Shown piece by piece: positions 31,956 to 42,700 of a stretch of 64,000 bases of DNA. The position numbers and the translations under genes are program-made. Numbering within the stretch: position 1 is the stretch's first letter; every line of letters starts with the position of its first letter. Source of the DNA: an uncultured cyanobacterium (GTDB lineage Bacteria; Cyanobacteriota; Cyanobacteriia; Cyanobacteriales; Nostocaceae). A model generated the notes under the pieces. The model was not told the DNA's origin, did no database searches, and saw only the letters and a program-made list of their open reading frames with translations. The stretch is from assembly GCA_963706595.1 (NCBI GenBank), contig OY970166.1, positions 1,472,001 through 1,536,000 of the forward strand. The letters are read 5' to 3'.

Positions 31956-32324
31956 TCAACTGGCGATACTACGAGGTACACCTTCTAAAGCTTCCTCTTG
32001 GGTTTCAAAGATTTCAAATACTGTATCCATCATTGTCACTTCAAACACAAGTTTTGCTTCTGGATGTACATTACAGATGCGGAAACTGCCGTTGACTTTA
32101 TCAGCATCACGCATCCCCGCCACCAAAGACGTGAGACCAGAACTATCAATAAAATTTACCTGACCAAGATTGACCACAACATGGTGACTGAGTTTGGAAA
32201 TACATTCCTGTAACTTCAAACGAAACTGCCAAGCTGTGGTGATGTCTAAGCGTCCGGCTGGTGTTAAGACAATAACGGTATTGTCGTCTTGGGTTGTATA
32301 AGTGGTTTGTTCTATTTGAATCAC
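31956..32324 (-). CDS. STAS domain anti-sigma factor antagonist
   Basis: GRLDITTA, VNFIDSSGL; GGAGG upstream of GTG 32324. Confidence 0.9.
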   Translation of the reverse strand: MIQIEQTTYTTQDDNTVIVLTPAGRLDITTAWQFRLKLQECISKLSHHVVVNLGQVNFIDSSGLTSLVAGMRDADKVNGSFRICNVHPEAKLVFEVTMMDTVFEIFETQEEALEGVPRSIAS

Positions 32325-32654
32325 TAAGCCTCCCTGTGGCACTAATCTAAATTTAGTTTGGGATTGGTGAGCCAAAAAAATTTGTTTTGAGAATTTTTAC
32401 TTTCACATCACGAGAAAAATTTCCAGTGAAGTAAGTTAATTGACTCACCAGCCACAAAATTATCCATTCCTGTGACTTGAATTAACAAGATCCAGGTGAT
32501 ACCTACTACACTTTTTGCAAGCAATAGAGTGTAGGTTTCTCAGTGACTCCTGCGATTCGCATCGGACATTTCCTGAGTTTTAGCTTTACATCCCCGTCAT
32601 GCCTCATCGGTGACATTTAGTAGTTTAACTCACCACAACACTGATGAGTAGCTT

Positions 32655-33698
32655 TTAAGCGCTGGGTGTCCAATTTACCCAATCTTGAGGTTTTAGAAAA
32701 GTTTCATACAACTCGGCTTCTGGAGTATTGGGTTCTGGCTGATAACCGTATTCCCAACGCACCAAGGGGGGTAAAGACATCAAAATAGATTCTGTGCGTC
32801 CGTTGGTTTGGAGTCCAAAAATTGTGCCTCGGTCATAAACCAAGTTAAATTCTACATACCGGCCGCGACGATACAGTTGGAAATTCCGTTCGCGATCGCC
32901 ATATTCAGTCCCTCGTCGCCGTTCCACAATTGGCTTGTATGCAGGCACAAATGCTTTACCACAATCTTGCACCAAAGCAAATAAATCTTCCCAAGTGCGG
33001 CTGGCTGGTGCGCCCACTGCGTTACTATAAATAGCCGCATGGCCATTGGGGTCAGGACCACGATATAACAGACCCTGGCCATCTTGGTAATCCAAAAACA
33101 GACCACCGACACCTCTGTTTTCGTCCCGATGCTTCAGGAAAAAATATTCATCACACCAGCGCTTAAACACTGGGTAATACTCTGGGTGATGTTGGTCGCA
33201 AGCCTGCTTGAGTGTGTGGTGAAAATGCGCGGCATCTTCAGCAAAGGGGTAATAAGGTGTTAAATCAGCACCGCCACCAAACCACCACACTGGACCAGCT
33301 TCAAAATAGCGATAATTCAGGTGAACTGTAGGCACATAAGGATTTTTTGGGTGTAACACCAGAGAAGTCCCCGTAGCATAAAACCCATGTCCTGCCGCTT
33401 CTGGACGTTGGGCTAAGATCGAGGGGGGTAACTGAGAACCCCAAACTTCAGAAAAATTTACACCAGCTTGTTCAAATACTGCCCCATCACGCAGCACACG
33501 CGATCGCCCGCCACCTCCTTCTGGACGTTCCCAACTGTCTTCGTGAAACTTACCGACACCATCCAGTTCTGCCAGTTGTTCCGTAATTTCATCTTGTAGC
33601 TGTTTCATAAACTGACTGACTCTAGCTTGAGAGTCAGTTCCAGGTAAAAACTTGGATGGTGTTGCTTCTACAGTTGGCGTTTGCGAGTTAGTCAACAT
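32655..33698 (-). CDS. hemF: Oxygen-dependent coproporphyrinogen III oxidase
   Basis: [55 protein letters not shown]. Confidence 0.97.
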   Translation of the reverse strand: MLTNSQTPTVEATPSKFLPGTDSQARVSQFMKQLQDEITEQLAELDGVGKFHEDSWERPEGGGGRSRVLRDGAVFEQAGVNFSEVWGSQLPPSILAQRPEAAGHGFYATGTSLVLHPKNPYVPTVHLNYRYFEAGPVWWFGGGADLTPYYPFAEDAAHFHHTLKQACDQHHPEYYPVFKRWCDEYFFLKHRDENRGVGGLFLDYQDGQGLLYRGPDPNGHAAIYSNAVGAPASRTWEDLFALVQDCGKAFVPAYKPIVERRRGTEYGDRERNFQLYRRGRYVEFNLVYDRGTIFGLQTNGRTESILMSLPPLVRWEYGYQPEPNTPEAELYETFLKPQDWVNWTPSA

Positions 33699-34057
33699 AG
33701 ATTCCCGAACCTAAATTACAATTTTCAAAAAGCCACAAATTAATTAATTTAAACATTTGTGGGTAATACAAGCGAATAATCAGGCTGAATTGCCTAATTT
33801 ACTTTTTTCTTACTTGTGAGCATTTGTGCCATTGATGGGTATGACTAAAGTTATTTTCCCTCAAATGCGTATAGGCTTGTATATTGACCGAGTTTTGTTT
33901 GTACTTCTTGATATAAACATTCTGGTATCAATACCAAACTCTGGTTAATTAGTCTAGTAAGCGGTCTCTACCTTGAGGCCTAGGTCAGGTCTTGTGATCC
34001 AGGGTTACTCACCATACCAGAGTGATCAGCAAGTGCATAGCGAGGAGGATTAGGCAG

Positions 34058-34564
34058 ATGCGAAGTTGGTTATCCAAATTCATCCACCGCAAACATCGTC
34101 GGTTTTGCGCTTCTCTGGTCAAGACCTATCGAGAAATTAGTTCTGCTTCTGTAGATCAAATGTGGCTGAAGGTAGTTGACTTAACAGACGTTTCCTGGCA
34201 TCCACTGCTCAAAAGTACCAACGTTCCCTACGGATTAGTACCCAAACCCGGATTAATTTACCAAGCAGTCACACGCTTTTCGCCCATTCCCATCCGGATT
34301 TTCGTAGAGCGTGTTAAACCTAACGAAATGTTAAGTATCCGAGTCATGGCCATTCCTGGAATCGAAGAACGGGTGACTTACCGAGTCGAGTCCACAGTGT
34401 GCGGCACTTGTTTATCTTATTCAGTAACCCTCCGGGGTTGGTTATCGCCCCTGATTTGGTCATTATCCCGCCCTTATGCAGATCGCGTGGCCCGTTCCTT
34501 AGTAGAGTATGTAGAAAACACCGCATTGCAAACCTTGTCAGTCCAGAAAAATTCACTGTTTTAG
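34058..34564 (+). CDS. SRPBCC/polyketide cyclase-like family protein
   Basis: SSASVDQMW..V.DL.D.SWHP pattern; GAGGAGG upstream of ATG 34058. Confidence 0.7.
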   Translation: MRSWLSKFIHRKHRRFCASLVKTYREISSASVDQMWLKVVDLTDVSWHPLLKSTNVPYGLVPKPGLIYQAVTRFSPIPIRIFVERVKPNEMLSIRVMAIPGIEERVTYRVESTVCGTCLSYSVTLRGWLSPLIWSLSRPYADRVARSLVEYVENTALQTLSVQKNSLF

Positions 34565-34706
34565 GGAGTGGGGAGTGGGGAGTGGGGAGTGGGGAGTGGG
34601 GAGTGGGGGAAAGAGGCAGGGGGGCAGGGGGCAGGGTGCAGGGGGGAGAAGAGGCTAACTTCCCAATGACCAATGACCAATGACTAATGACTAATGACTA
34701 ATGACG
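34562..34706. repeat. Composite heptamer repeat cassette (second copy)
   Basis: (GGGGAGT)n, GGGGCA blocks, GAGAAGAGGCTAACTTCCC, (AATGAC[C/T])n. Confidence 0.9.
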
Positions 34707-34784
34707 TTCCAAAGAAAGTTAAGATTTGAGGAGATGATAATAAAATTTTCTTAAATTTGTTACGGCAGTAACAGTGAAAACAGT

Positions 34785-35855
34785 ATGTACGATGTTCTCG
34801 ATTCCGGCTCTGTCTTAGATGTTTTGCGACCAGTAGAAGACCCAGAACTCCGCAAGAGTTTGGTGGAACTGAATATGATTCGCAATGTCAAAATTGACGC
34901 TGGCAAGGTTAGCTTCACTTTGGTATTGACTACACCCGCCTGTCCCTTACGGGAATTTATTGTTGAAGATTGTAAAAAAGCTGTTAACAAGCTACCTGGC
35001 GTTACAGAGGTAAAGGTAGATGTAACCGCAGAAACACCCCAACAAAAAAGTTTGCCTGACCGGACTGGGATTACTGGGGTAAAAAATATTTTCGCTGTTT
35101 CCAGTGGTAAAGGCGGTGTAGGGAAAAGCACTGTAGCGGTGAATGTGGCTGTGGCTTTAGCCCAAACCGGGGCTAAGGTGGGTTTACTGGATGCCGATAT
35201 TTACGGTCCTAACGACCCGACTATGCTGGGGCTAGCTGATGCGGAAATTGTGGTGCGTTCCACAGATAAAGGTGACATTCTTGAACCTGCTTTTAATCAC
35301 GGTGTCAAATTAGTGTCAATGGGCTTTTTGATTGACCGAGATCAGCCAGTGGTTTGGCGGGGACCCATGCTGAATGGGGTAATTCGGCAGTTTCTCTATC
35401 AAGTGGAATGGGGCGAACTGGACTATTTAATCGTGGATATGCCACCGGGAACTGGTGATGCTCAATTAACTTTAACTCAATCAGTACCGATGTCAGGGGC
35501 AGTCATTGTGACTACACCGCAAAATGTCGCCCTGTTAGATTCACGTAAAGGTTTGCGGATGTTCCAGCAAATGAATGTGCCTGTTTTGGGAATAGTAGAA
35601 AATATGAGCTACTTTATTCCGCCGGATATGCCAGATAAGCAGTATGACATCTTTGGTTCTGGTGGTGGTTCCAAAACAGCCGCTGAGTTGGGAGTGCCTT
35701 TATTGGGGTGTATTCCTTTAGAGATTTCCACCAGAGTAGGCGGTGATAACGGTGTGCCGATAGTTGTTGCTGATCCTGATTCAGCTTCAGCCAAAGCATT
35801 AAAGGCGATCGCGCTGAATATTGCAGGTAAAATATCAGTTGCGGCTCTGACATAA
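34785..35855 (+). CDS. mrp: Mrp/NBP35 Fe-S cluster carrier ATPase
   Basis: LTTPACP, SGKGGVGKST, DADIYGP, WRGPML, DMPPGTGD, ENMS. Confidence 0.95.
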   Translation: MYDVLDSGSVLDVLRPVEDPELRKSLVELNMIRNVKIDAGKVSFTLVLTTPACPLREFIVEDCKKAVNKLPGVTEVKVDVTAETPQQKSLPDRTGITGVKNIFAVSSGKGGVGKSTVAVNVAVALAQTGAKVGLLDADIYGPNDPTMLGLADAEIVVRSTDKGDILEPAFNHGVKLVSMGFLIDRDQPVVWRGPMLNGVIRQFLYQVEWGELDYLIVDMPPGTGDAQLTLTQSVPMSGAVIVTTPQNVALLDSRKGLRMFQQMNVPVLGIVENMSYFIPPDMPDKQYDIFGSGGGSKTAAELGVPLLGCIPLEISTRVGGDNGVPIVVADPDSASAKALKAIALNIAGKISVAALT

Positions 35856-35944
35856 TCAATTGGGAGTTTTTGTCTGATTCCTGGGTCATAGCCTGGGAAT
35901 ACAGATCAAGAATGGGCAATCAAATTCAAGTTTAAAATCACACA

Positions 35945-37258
35945 ATGTTGTTAAACCGTTCGCGCCCCAAAAATGGCTGGAAATATTGGGTTAAGCCCTG
36001 GCAACAAGTAGATTGGCTACTATTTTCCCTGGTAATTAGTACCAGTATGTTTGGTGGTCTGATGATTCTGAGTACGGAACTCAGGCAACCAGTGGCTGAC
36101 TGGTGGTGGCATTGGGGAGTGGCTGGAATCGGCGTTTTGATCGCCTTATTTTTAGCTCGTACCCGGTATGAAAATCTGATTCAGTGGCATTGGGTAACAT
36201 ACGCCCTCACCAACATCAGTCTGATTGCCGTGATGATTATTGGCACTACCGCCAATGGGGCGCAGCGATGGATTACTATTGGTAGTTTCAACGTGCAGCC
36301 TTCGGAATTTGCTAAAATTGGGATAATTATCACCTTAGCGGCTGTATTACACAAACGCACAGCTTCTACTCTCGAAAGTGTATTCCGCGCTTTAGGAATC
36401 ACGGCTATTCCTTGGGCATTAGTATTTTTACAGCCAGATTTGGCAACATCCTTAGTATTTGGGGCTATCGTCTTAGGAATGTTGTATTGGGCAAATGCTC
36501 ATCCTGGCTGGTTGATACTGATGATTTCGCCAATCATTTCTGCCATTCTTTTTAGTATCAGTTGGCCTTTGTCAGCGCCGATAGTTTCATTTCATCAAAT
36601 ATCTTTCGGACTTTTAGGATTAGTTTGGGTAATCGCTATGGGCATTTTGGGTTGGCAAACTCTCCCCTGGCGTAGATTTGGCCTGAATGGTATTGGTGCA
36701 TCAGCCCTCAACTTCTTAGGTGGTGAATTAGGAGTTTTTGCCTGGAACCATATATTGAGAGACTATCAAAAAGACCGCCTGACTGTATTTCTCAAGCCTG
36801 GATACGACATTCTCGGCGTTGGATATCACCAACACCAATCTCGCATTGCTATAGGTGCTGGTGAAGTTTGGGGATGGGGTTTGTTCAAAGGACCAATGAC
36901 GCAATTAAATTTCGTCCCCGAACAACATACAGACTTTATTTTCTCCGCCGTGGGTGAAGAATTTGGTTTTGTGGGTTGTTTAGTACTGCTGTTTATCTTC
37001 TGCTTGATTTGCTTTCGCCTATTGCGTATCGCTGAAACTGCTAAAGATAACTTTGGCTCATTGTTAGCTATTGGTGTTTTATCAATGATTGTGTTTCAGC
37101 TAATTGTGAACGTGGGTATGACCGTTGGTTTAGCACCTGTAGCGGGAATTCCCCTACCTTGGATGAGTTACGGACGTTCAGCGATGCTGACTAATTTCAT
37201 TGCTTTAGGCTTAGTAGAATCAGTAGCAAACTTTCGCCAAAGACAAAAGTATTATTGA
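35945..37258 (+). CDS. rodA: Rod shape-determining protein RodA (SEDS family)
   Basis: GAQRWI, QPSEFAK, LQPDL, PEQHTDFIFS..GEEFG, GIPLPWMSYG.S. Confidence 0.93.
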   Translation: MLLNRSRPKNGWKYWVKPWQQVDWLLFSLVISTSMFGGLMILSTELRQPVADWWWHWGVAGIGVLIALFLARTRYENLIQWHWVTYALTNISLIAVMIIGTTANGAQRWITIGSFNVQPSEFAKIGIIITLAAVLHKRTASTLESVFRALGITAIPWALVFLQPDLATSLVFGAIVLGMLYWANAHPGWLILMISPIISAILFSISWPLSAPIVSFHQISFGLLGLVWVIAMGILGWQTLPWRRFGLNGIGASALNFLGGELGVFAWNHILRDYQKDRLTVFLKPGYDILGVGYHQHQSRIAIGAGEVWGWGLFKGPMTQLNFVPEQHTDFIFSAVGEEFGFVGCLVLLFIFCLICFRLLRIAETAKDNFGSLLAIGVLSMIVFQLIVNVGMTVGLAPVAGIPLPWMSYGRSAMLTNFIALGLVESVANFRQRQKYY

Positions 37259-37306
37259 TTTTATATGTGGGGTGGGCATCTTGCCCGCCCTTATGTACGA
37301 TTGATA

Positions 37307-38353
37307 TTAATTTAAATCAAGCTTTGAACTTTCGGTTTCATTATTCTGCACATAAACATCTCTGACAGGAAAAGGAATTTGGATGCCTTCTTGTTGATAG
37401 CGTTTATGCAATTTCTTAATAAATAAATGCCTAGCAATTTGCTGGTCAAAATATTCATTTACTCGCATATATAATTTAAAATCTATACTAGAATCATTAA
37501 AAGTATGAAATCTAATATTAGGTTCAATATCCATTAAATCTGGGGCAATTTCTTGCATGACATCTTTGGCTACTTCTACAGTCACTCTTTCGACTTGTTC
37601 CAAATCACTATCGTAACCGACACCCACATCCATTGTTAGAGTAATCACCTTAGCTGGGAGATGATAGTTAGTAAAAATCGCCGATCCTAGCCGAGAATTA
37701 GGTACAATGATGATATTGTTTTTAAGTTCTTTAATAGTTGTATTTCGCCAAGTAATATCTGTAACGTATCCTTCATATCCATCATCTAATTTGATATAAT
37801 CGCCTGTTCGGACTTGCTGAGAAACAATTAGATAAAAACCAGAAAATAAATTTGTTAGTGTATCTTGCAGCGCCAAACCAACGGCTAAACCACCAACGCC
37901 TAAAGTTGTGACTATAGGGGTAACTTGTATACCTACAGTTTGTAAAAGGGCAAGTGTTCCTAAGATTAAAACAGCAATCTTTGCTAAGTTAGAAATTAAT
38001 GATGCGGGTACTCCTGCGGTTCTCTGAATGAATAAATTTACAAACCCAGCCGTCAATCTAGCCAAGACTAAAGTAACTGAGTAGAGAAATATGGCTGTAA
38101 TGGTTTTTTGCAGAAGACTTTTCAGATCATCAGTGATATTTATAGCAGAATAAACAATTGCACCGGAAAAACCTGCTAGCAAAAACCACAGAAAGGTCAT
38201 GCGGTGTAAGGCTTGAAATATTATTTCACTACCTGGGATATCTTTTTCAACAACAAATTTTCTCAGTTTTCTGAAGATAACTTTTTCCCCAATTACCCCA
38301 GATAGCAAGCCAATTAGAATAAATGCTATTGGTACAATCCATTGCTGTATCAT
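37307..38353 (-). CDS. Small-conductance mechanosensitive channel (MscS family)
   Basis: LGVGGLAVGLALQDTL.NLFSG, GDYI, ITWRNT, IIVPNS, GIQIPFP. Start at MIQQW is preferred. Confidence 0.92.
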   Translation of the reverse strand: MIQQWIVPIAFILIGLLSGVIGEKVIFRKLRKFVVEKDIPGSEIIFQALHRMTFLWFLLAGFSGAIVYSAINITDDLKSLLQKTITAIFLYSVTLVLARLTAGFVNLFIQRTAGVPASLISNLAKIAVLILGTLALLQTVGIQVTPIVTTLGVGGLAVGLALQDTLTNLFSGFYLIVSQQVRTGDYIKLDDGYEGYVTDITWRNTTIKELKNNIIIVPNSRLGSAIFTNYHLPAKVITLTMDVGVGYDSDLEQVERVTVEVAKDVMQEIAPDLMDIEPNIRFHTFNDSSIDFKLYMRVNEYFDQQIARHLFIKKLHKRYQQEGIQIPFPVRDVYVQNNETESSKLDLN

Positions 38354-38522
38354 TAATTTTCGAGTTGAGATTTTGACTGAAAAATTTAAGGCATTTATTT
38401 TAGTGATGCCATTATTGCTAGATTTTACCTTGTTTACCCCACTTTTTCCCATCAACTGGTAATTTTGAGGTAGTTGATTAATAAGTATATTTGGAATCAG
38501 CTTATGGTTGATAATAGATATT

Positions 38523-39440
38523 ATGGAATTGCCAATTATTTACCATCCAGATTATATTGCACCATTGCCGGCTGGGCATCGCTTCCCCATGTCCAAGTTC
38601 GGACAACTCTATGAATTGCTTTTAGCTGAGGGTGTGGCGCAAATTGAACAATTTCACACACCAAAACGCCCACTTTCGGAGTTAATCGAGTTGGTACATA
38701 CTCCAGAGTATGTGAAGGCTTACTGTGAGGGAACTTTAGAACCTAAAGTACAGCGTCGAATTGGCTTACCTTGGAGTCCAGCCTTGGTAAATCGTACCTG
38801 TGTAGCGGTTGGTGGTACAATACTGACGGCTCAGATGGCACTCAGTCAAGGTTTAGCTTGTAATACGGCTGGTGGTACTCATCATGCTTTTCCTAGTTAT
38901 GGTTCTGGTTTTTGTATTTTCAACGATTTAGCGATCGCTTGTCGAGTTTTACAAAAATTGGGGCTTATACAGAAGGTTCTGATTGTTGATTTGGATGTGC
39001 ATCAAGGGGATGGTACGGCTTTCATTTTCCAGGGGGATGAGAGTGTGTTTACTTTTTCGATGCACTGTGAGGTGAATTTTCCCGGTACTAAACAAGTTAG
39101 TGATTTGGATGTTCCCCTAACTGTGGGTATGGAGGATGATGCTTATTTGCAAACTTTGGCGAATTATTTACCAGATTTGTTAACTGCTATTCAGCCTGAT
39201 TTAGTATTATACGATGCTGGGGTAGATCCTCATATAGGCGATCGCTTGGGAAAGTTGGCTTTGAGTGATACGGGGATTTTTCGCCGGGAAATGCAGGTTT
39301 TAAGTACCTGTGTGGCTGCTGGCTACCCTGTGGCTTGTGTGATTGGTGGGGGGTACGCTGATGATATGAAGTCTCTGGTTTGGCGACATTCTTTGCTGCA
39401 TCGGGCGGCTAATCAGGTTTATCATCAATATAGATTATGA
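38523..39440 (+). CDS. Histone deacetylase family protein
   Basis: HRFPM.K, GGTHHA, GFCIFND, DLDVHQGDGT, AGVD, GGGY. Confidence 0.93.
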   Translation: MELPIIYHPDYIAPLPAGHRFPMSKFGQLYELLLAEGVAQIEQFHTPKRPLSELIELVHTPEYVKAYCEGTLEPKVQRRIGLPWSPALVNRTCVAVGGTILTAQMALSQGLACNTAGGTHHAFPSYGSGFCIFNDLAIACRVLQKLGLIQKVLIVDLDVHQGDGTAFIFQGDESVFTFSMHCEVNFPGTKQVSDLDVPLTVGMEDDAYLQTLANYLPDLLTAIQPDLVLYDAGVDPHIGDRLGKLALSDTGIFRREMQVLSTCVAAGYPVACVIGGGYADDMKSLVWRHSLLHRAANQVYHQYRL

Positions 39441-39745
39441 ATTAGTTTCACGCAAAGGCGCAAAGACGCAAAGGAAGAGGGAGGAAGAGATTTCGGCGCA
39501 GTTTTATTCTGTGGTTCTTTATTTGTTCTTTAATGGCTAAACTATATGAGTAACGAACCGCAAAGGACGCAAAGTACACAAAGAAAGAAGGAAAGAAGGA
39601 AGCAAGAATAAATTCAATGTGGTTTTATGATGAAATATTATATATCTTTATATATCTTTATCTGTGTTCATCTGCGTTTCCTTACTTCTTCCTCAACAGC
39701 TAAAGTTGATTATCTCACTCTATATCAGTAATTTTAAGAGTATTT

Positions 39746-42700
39746 ATGCCCACTTTTTCTAACAATCGTAATTTCCAAGACTGGAGCTATAAATGTGTTG
39801 GAGCAGTGGCGAAAAATGAGATAATAGATTTATTGGGTGATCATGTTTGTCTGTTTTATGTGCGTCGTCAAGGTGCGGGTAAACATCAAAATGAGGAAAT
39901 TTGGCAGTTAACAATTGCTACGGATAGAGATGATTTTCCTTTACCTGGAAAGCTGGAAACGCAAGGTAAGACTTTAGGGTTAATTGCTGCTATTCAAGAA
40001 GATGGGCGTGGTGGGTTAAAGGTTTTATCTACTCGTTTATTACAAGTTTCACGGGGAAACGCTGATGGTTATTCTGTTCCTTTTTCTTTGCGTCTCCTAC
40101 CTCATGATAAACATCGTTTAGGTATTCCGAAAGCTGCATTGGCACGTGTAGAAAAGATGCCAGTCTGTGGTGATCATATCCCGACTGAAGAACAATTGCA
40201 AGCTTGGAAGGCATTTTTGCAAGTTGAGGAAAATATCGCTAAGGCGCGTCAGTTTTGTGTGGCTTTTGTGGGGAATGATTATGGCAATAATACCAGACAA
40301 ATTACTTTTGAGGTAGATGTTAATTCGGCTACTCTTGATGGTTCTGAACAAAATTATTTAAATGTCTCTAGTTTCTGGGAACGGGTAAACCGTTCAAAGA
40401 ATCAAGAAGTGAAACTTTCGGAAACTGTTCCTACAGGAAAATTTACTCATAAAATTCCTAAGTTTGGTTCTATTGAAAAAGTTGACCCGAAAAATTGTTT
40501 AATTAAAGTGAAAGTAGAACGGGAATTAGCTGAATATATCGCTACACAACGTTATCAGCCACCCGTGAAAGGATATTTATTTTTTGATGCTGCGGGTGAT
40601 ATTCAACAAGTTCGCCGGAAGAAGGAAGCTTTAGAACAATTAAAGCACGGAAATACTCAAAATCCTTATTTGGGTAACTTTTTATTCGACGCTTCCCAAG
40701 CTAGACGGATGAAGAAAACTGTGGAACTTAAAGCGGATGATTTGTTATTATCTTCTGCTAATGCTGGACAAAAAGCCGCAGTGGAAAAGGTGTTAGGGTC
40801 TGAGGATTTAATTCTGATTCAAGGACCGCCGGGAACTGGTAAAACTACCGTAATTGCTGAAATTTGTTATCAAATAGCTTTGCGGGGTGGGCGTACTCTC
40901 ATCGCTTCTCAAGCTAATTTAGCTGTGGATAATGCTTTGAGTCGATTAGTTCACAACCCAGTTATTCGGGCTGTTCGCAAAGGACGCGCTGAGAGAGTTG
41001 GGGAAGAAGGACAGCCCTTTTTAGAAGACCAAGTTATTGAAACATGGTTGGAAAATACGGCGACTGACTGTGAAAGTAGTCTAGATAAACGTCTGGAAAA
41101 TGTGAGATTTTTGGGAGAATTGTTGGCAGCTTTCCCACAATTTACAGATTATTTTAACTTAGAATTAGAGTTAAATCAGCAACAAATTCAATTAAATCTA
41201 GAAAAGGAAACTTTAGCGGAAGACTGTAAAATTCAAGCAGCAAGTTTTGAGGAAGGTTTAACTCGGAGAAATCAAGTAGAATCAATTCAGTTAGGTTTAG
41301 ATTATCTCCTGAAAAATGCACCGCATATAAATTGGGAAGCGCCTGAAGTTCAAAATTGTTTACCCTATCTTCAGCCTTATACAGAAAATAACATTGTCGT
41401 CCAAGATTTTTTAACCAATGTTCGTCAAGCTATCAAGTGGACTGATGAACTGGGTTTAGTTCGTCCTACTTATGGTGCTTTTGGTTTAGCTGTTTGGTTG
41501 CGTGAAGGTGTAGCTGATAAAATTGCTGATTTTAACATAGCATTCGGTTACGCCCAAGATGCTATTTTAATAATGTCAGAAGTTGCAGAAGTGGTTTCGG
41601 CTATTCCCCAAAATTCTCAAAATCTGCATTCACCGGAAATCGATGAACAGGAATTTATCAGCACACGACAAATTTTACAACAAAAAATTCAAGGTTGGCA
41701 AAATCGTCAACGAGAAATTGACTATGTAATTGCAGCTATTAAGGAATGGAAGTCTACTGCACCTGTGGTATTATATCAAATAGTTAAGGAATCTCAGCTA
41801 TCGGGACAAACATTAACTGAAGATTTGCTACAATTGCCCTTGGGTTTGTTGATGTTTGCTAATCAATTAAAATTAACTATAGTCCCCAAAAAAATTCAGC
41901 TTAATTTACCAGATTTTCCAGCTTTACAAAAAGCCTTAACTTATGAGACTGAGGGCGGCTTTGCTGATAGAATCGGTAAACAATATCATTTTAGTTACTT
42001 TTTAGAGCAAAATTTTAGTCAAATTCCCATTGTGCTATCAGCGAGCGATCGCACTCAATGGCGTAAAATCTATGAAGAGTTCAAAAATTATCAACTCCTC
42101 AACCCAAATCAGCGCCAATTACTGGTAGAAAATACTCAGTTGTTTTTGCTGAGAATGCAAACAGTATATGGTAAAGCTTGGGAATTGAATAATCTCGACG
42201 CTATTGTGAAACAAGTTAGCGAAGACTTACTCGCGAATATCCTCGCAAATGCGCGTCAATGTATCGCACGAGTTAAGACTGAAACTGAACAGCAGCTTAA
42301 GTCTTTCCAGCAGCAATTAATTGAACTTGAGAAACAGAGAACGACTCAAGCACAAATATCTGCTACGTCTTCTCAAATCGAAGCAGCAAATATCAAGCTG
42401 GCACAGATGATCGAAATGTTGCAATTACTCAACCAGCAGCAAAATGTCCCGGATAAATTACGGGCTTTAGTTACAGAGTATCTGACAACGCAATCAAAAA
42501 TTTGGGAACATTCTTCAGAATTTGCAACTCAGGTCAAGGCTGGGGTATCTCATCTCAGCAATTTGGAAAGTTTAATTTCATCAATTGCACCTTTCCCAGT
42601 CTTAGAGAATATCAAAAATTCTTTAGATGAGCAAGTCACAATTATAGAACAAGAAAATACGCTTGCTCAAAAAGAACTCAAAAAAATTCAAGCCCAAATC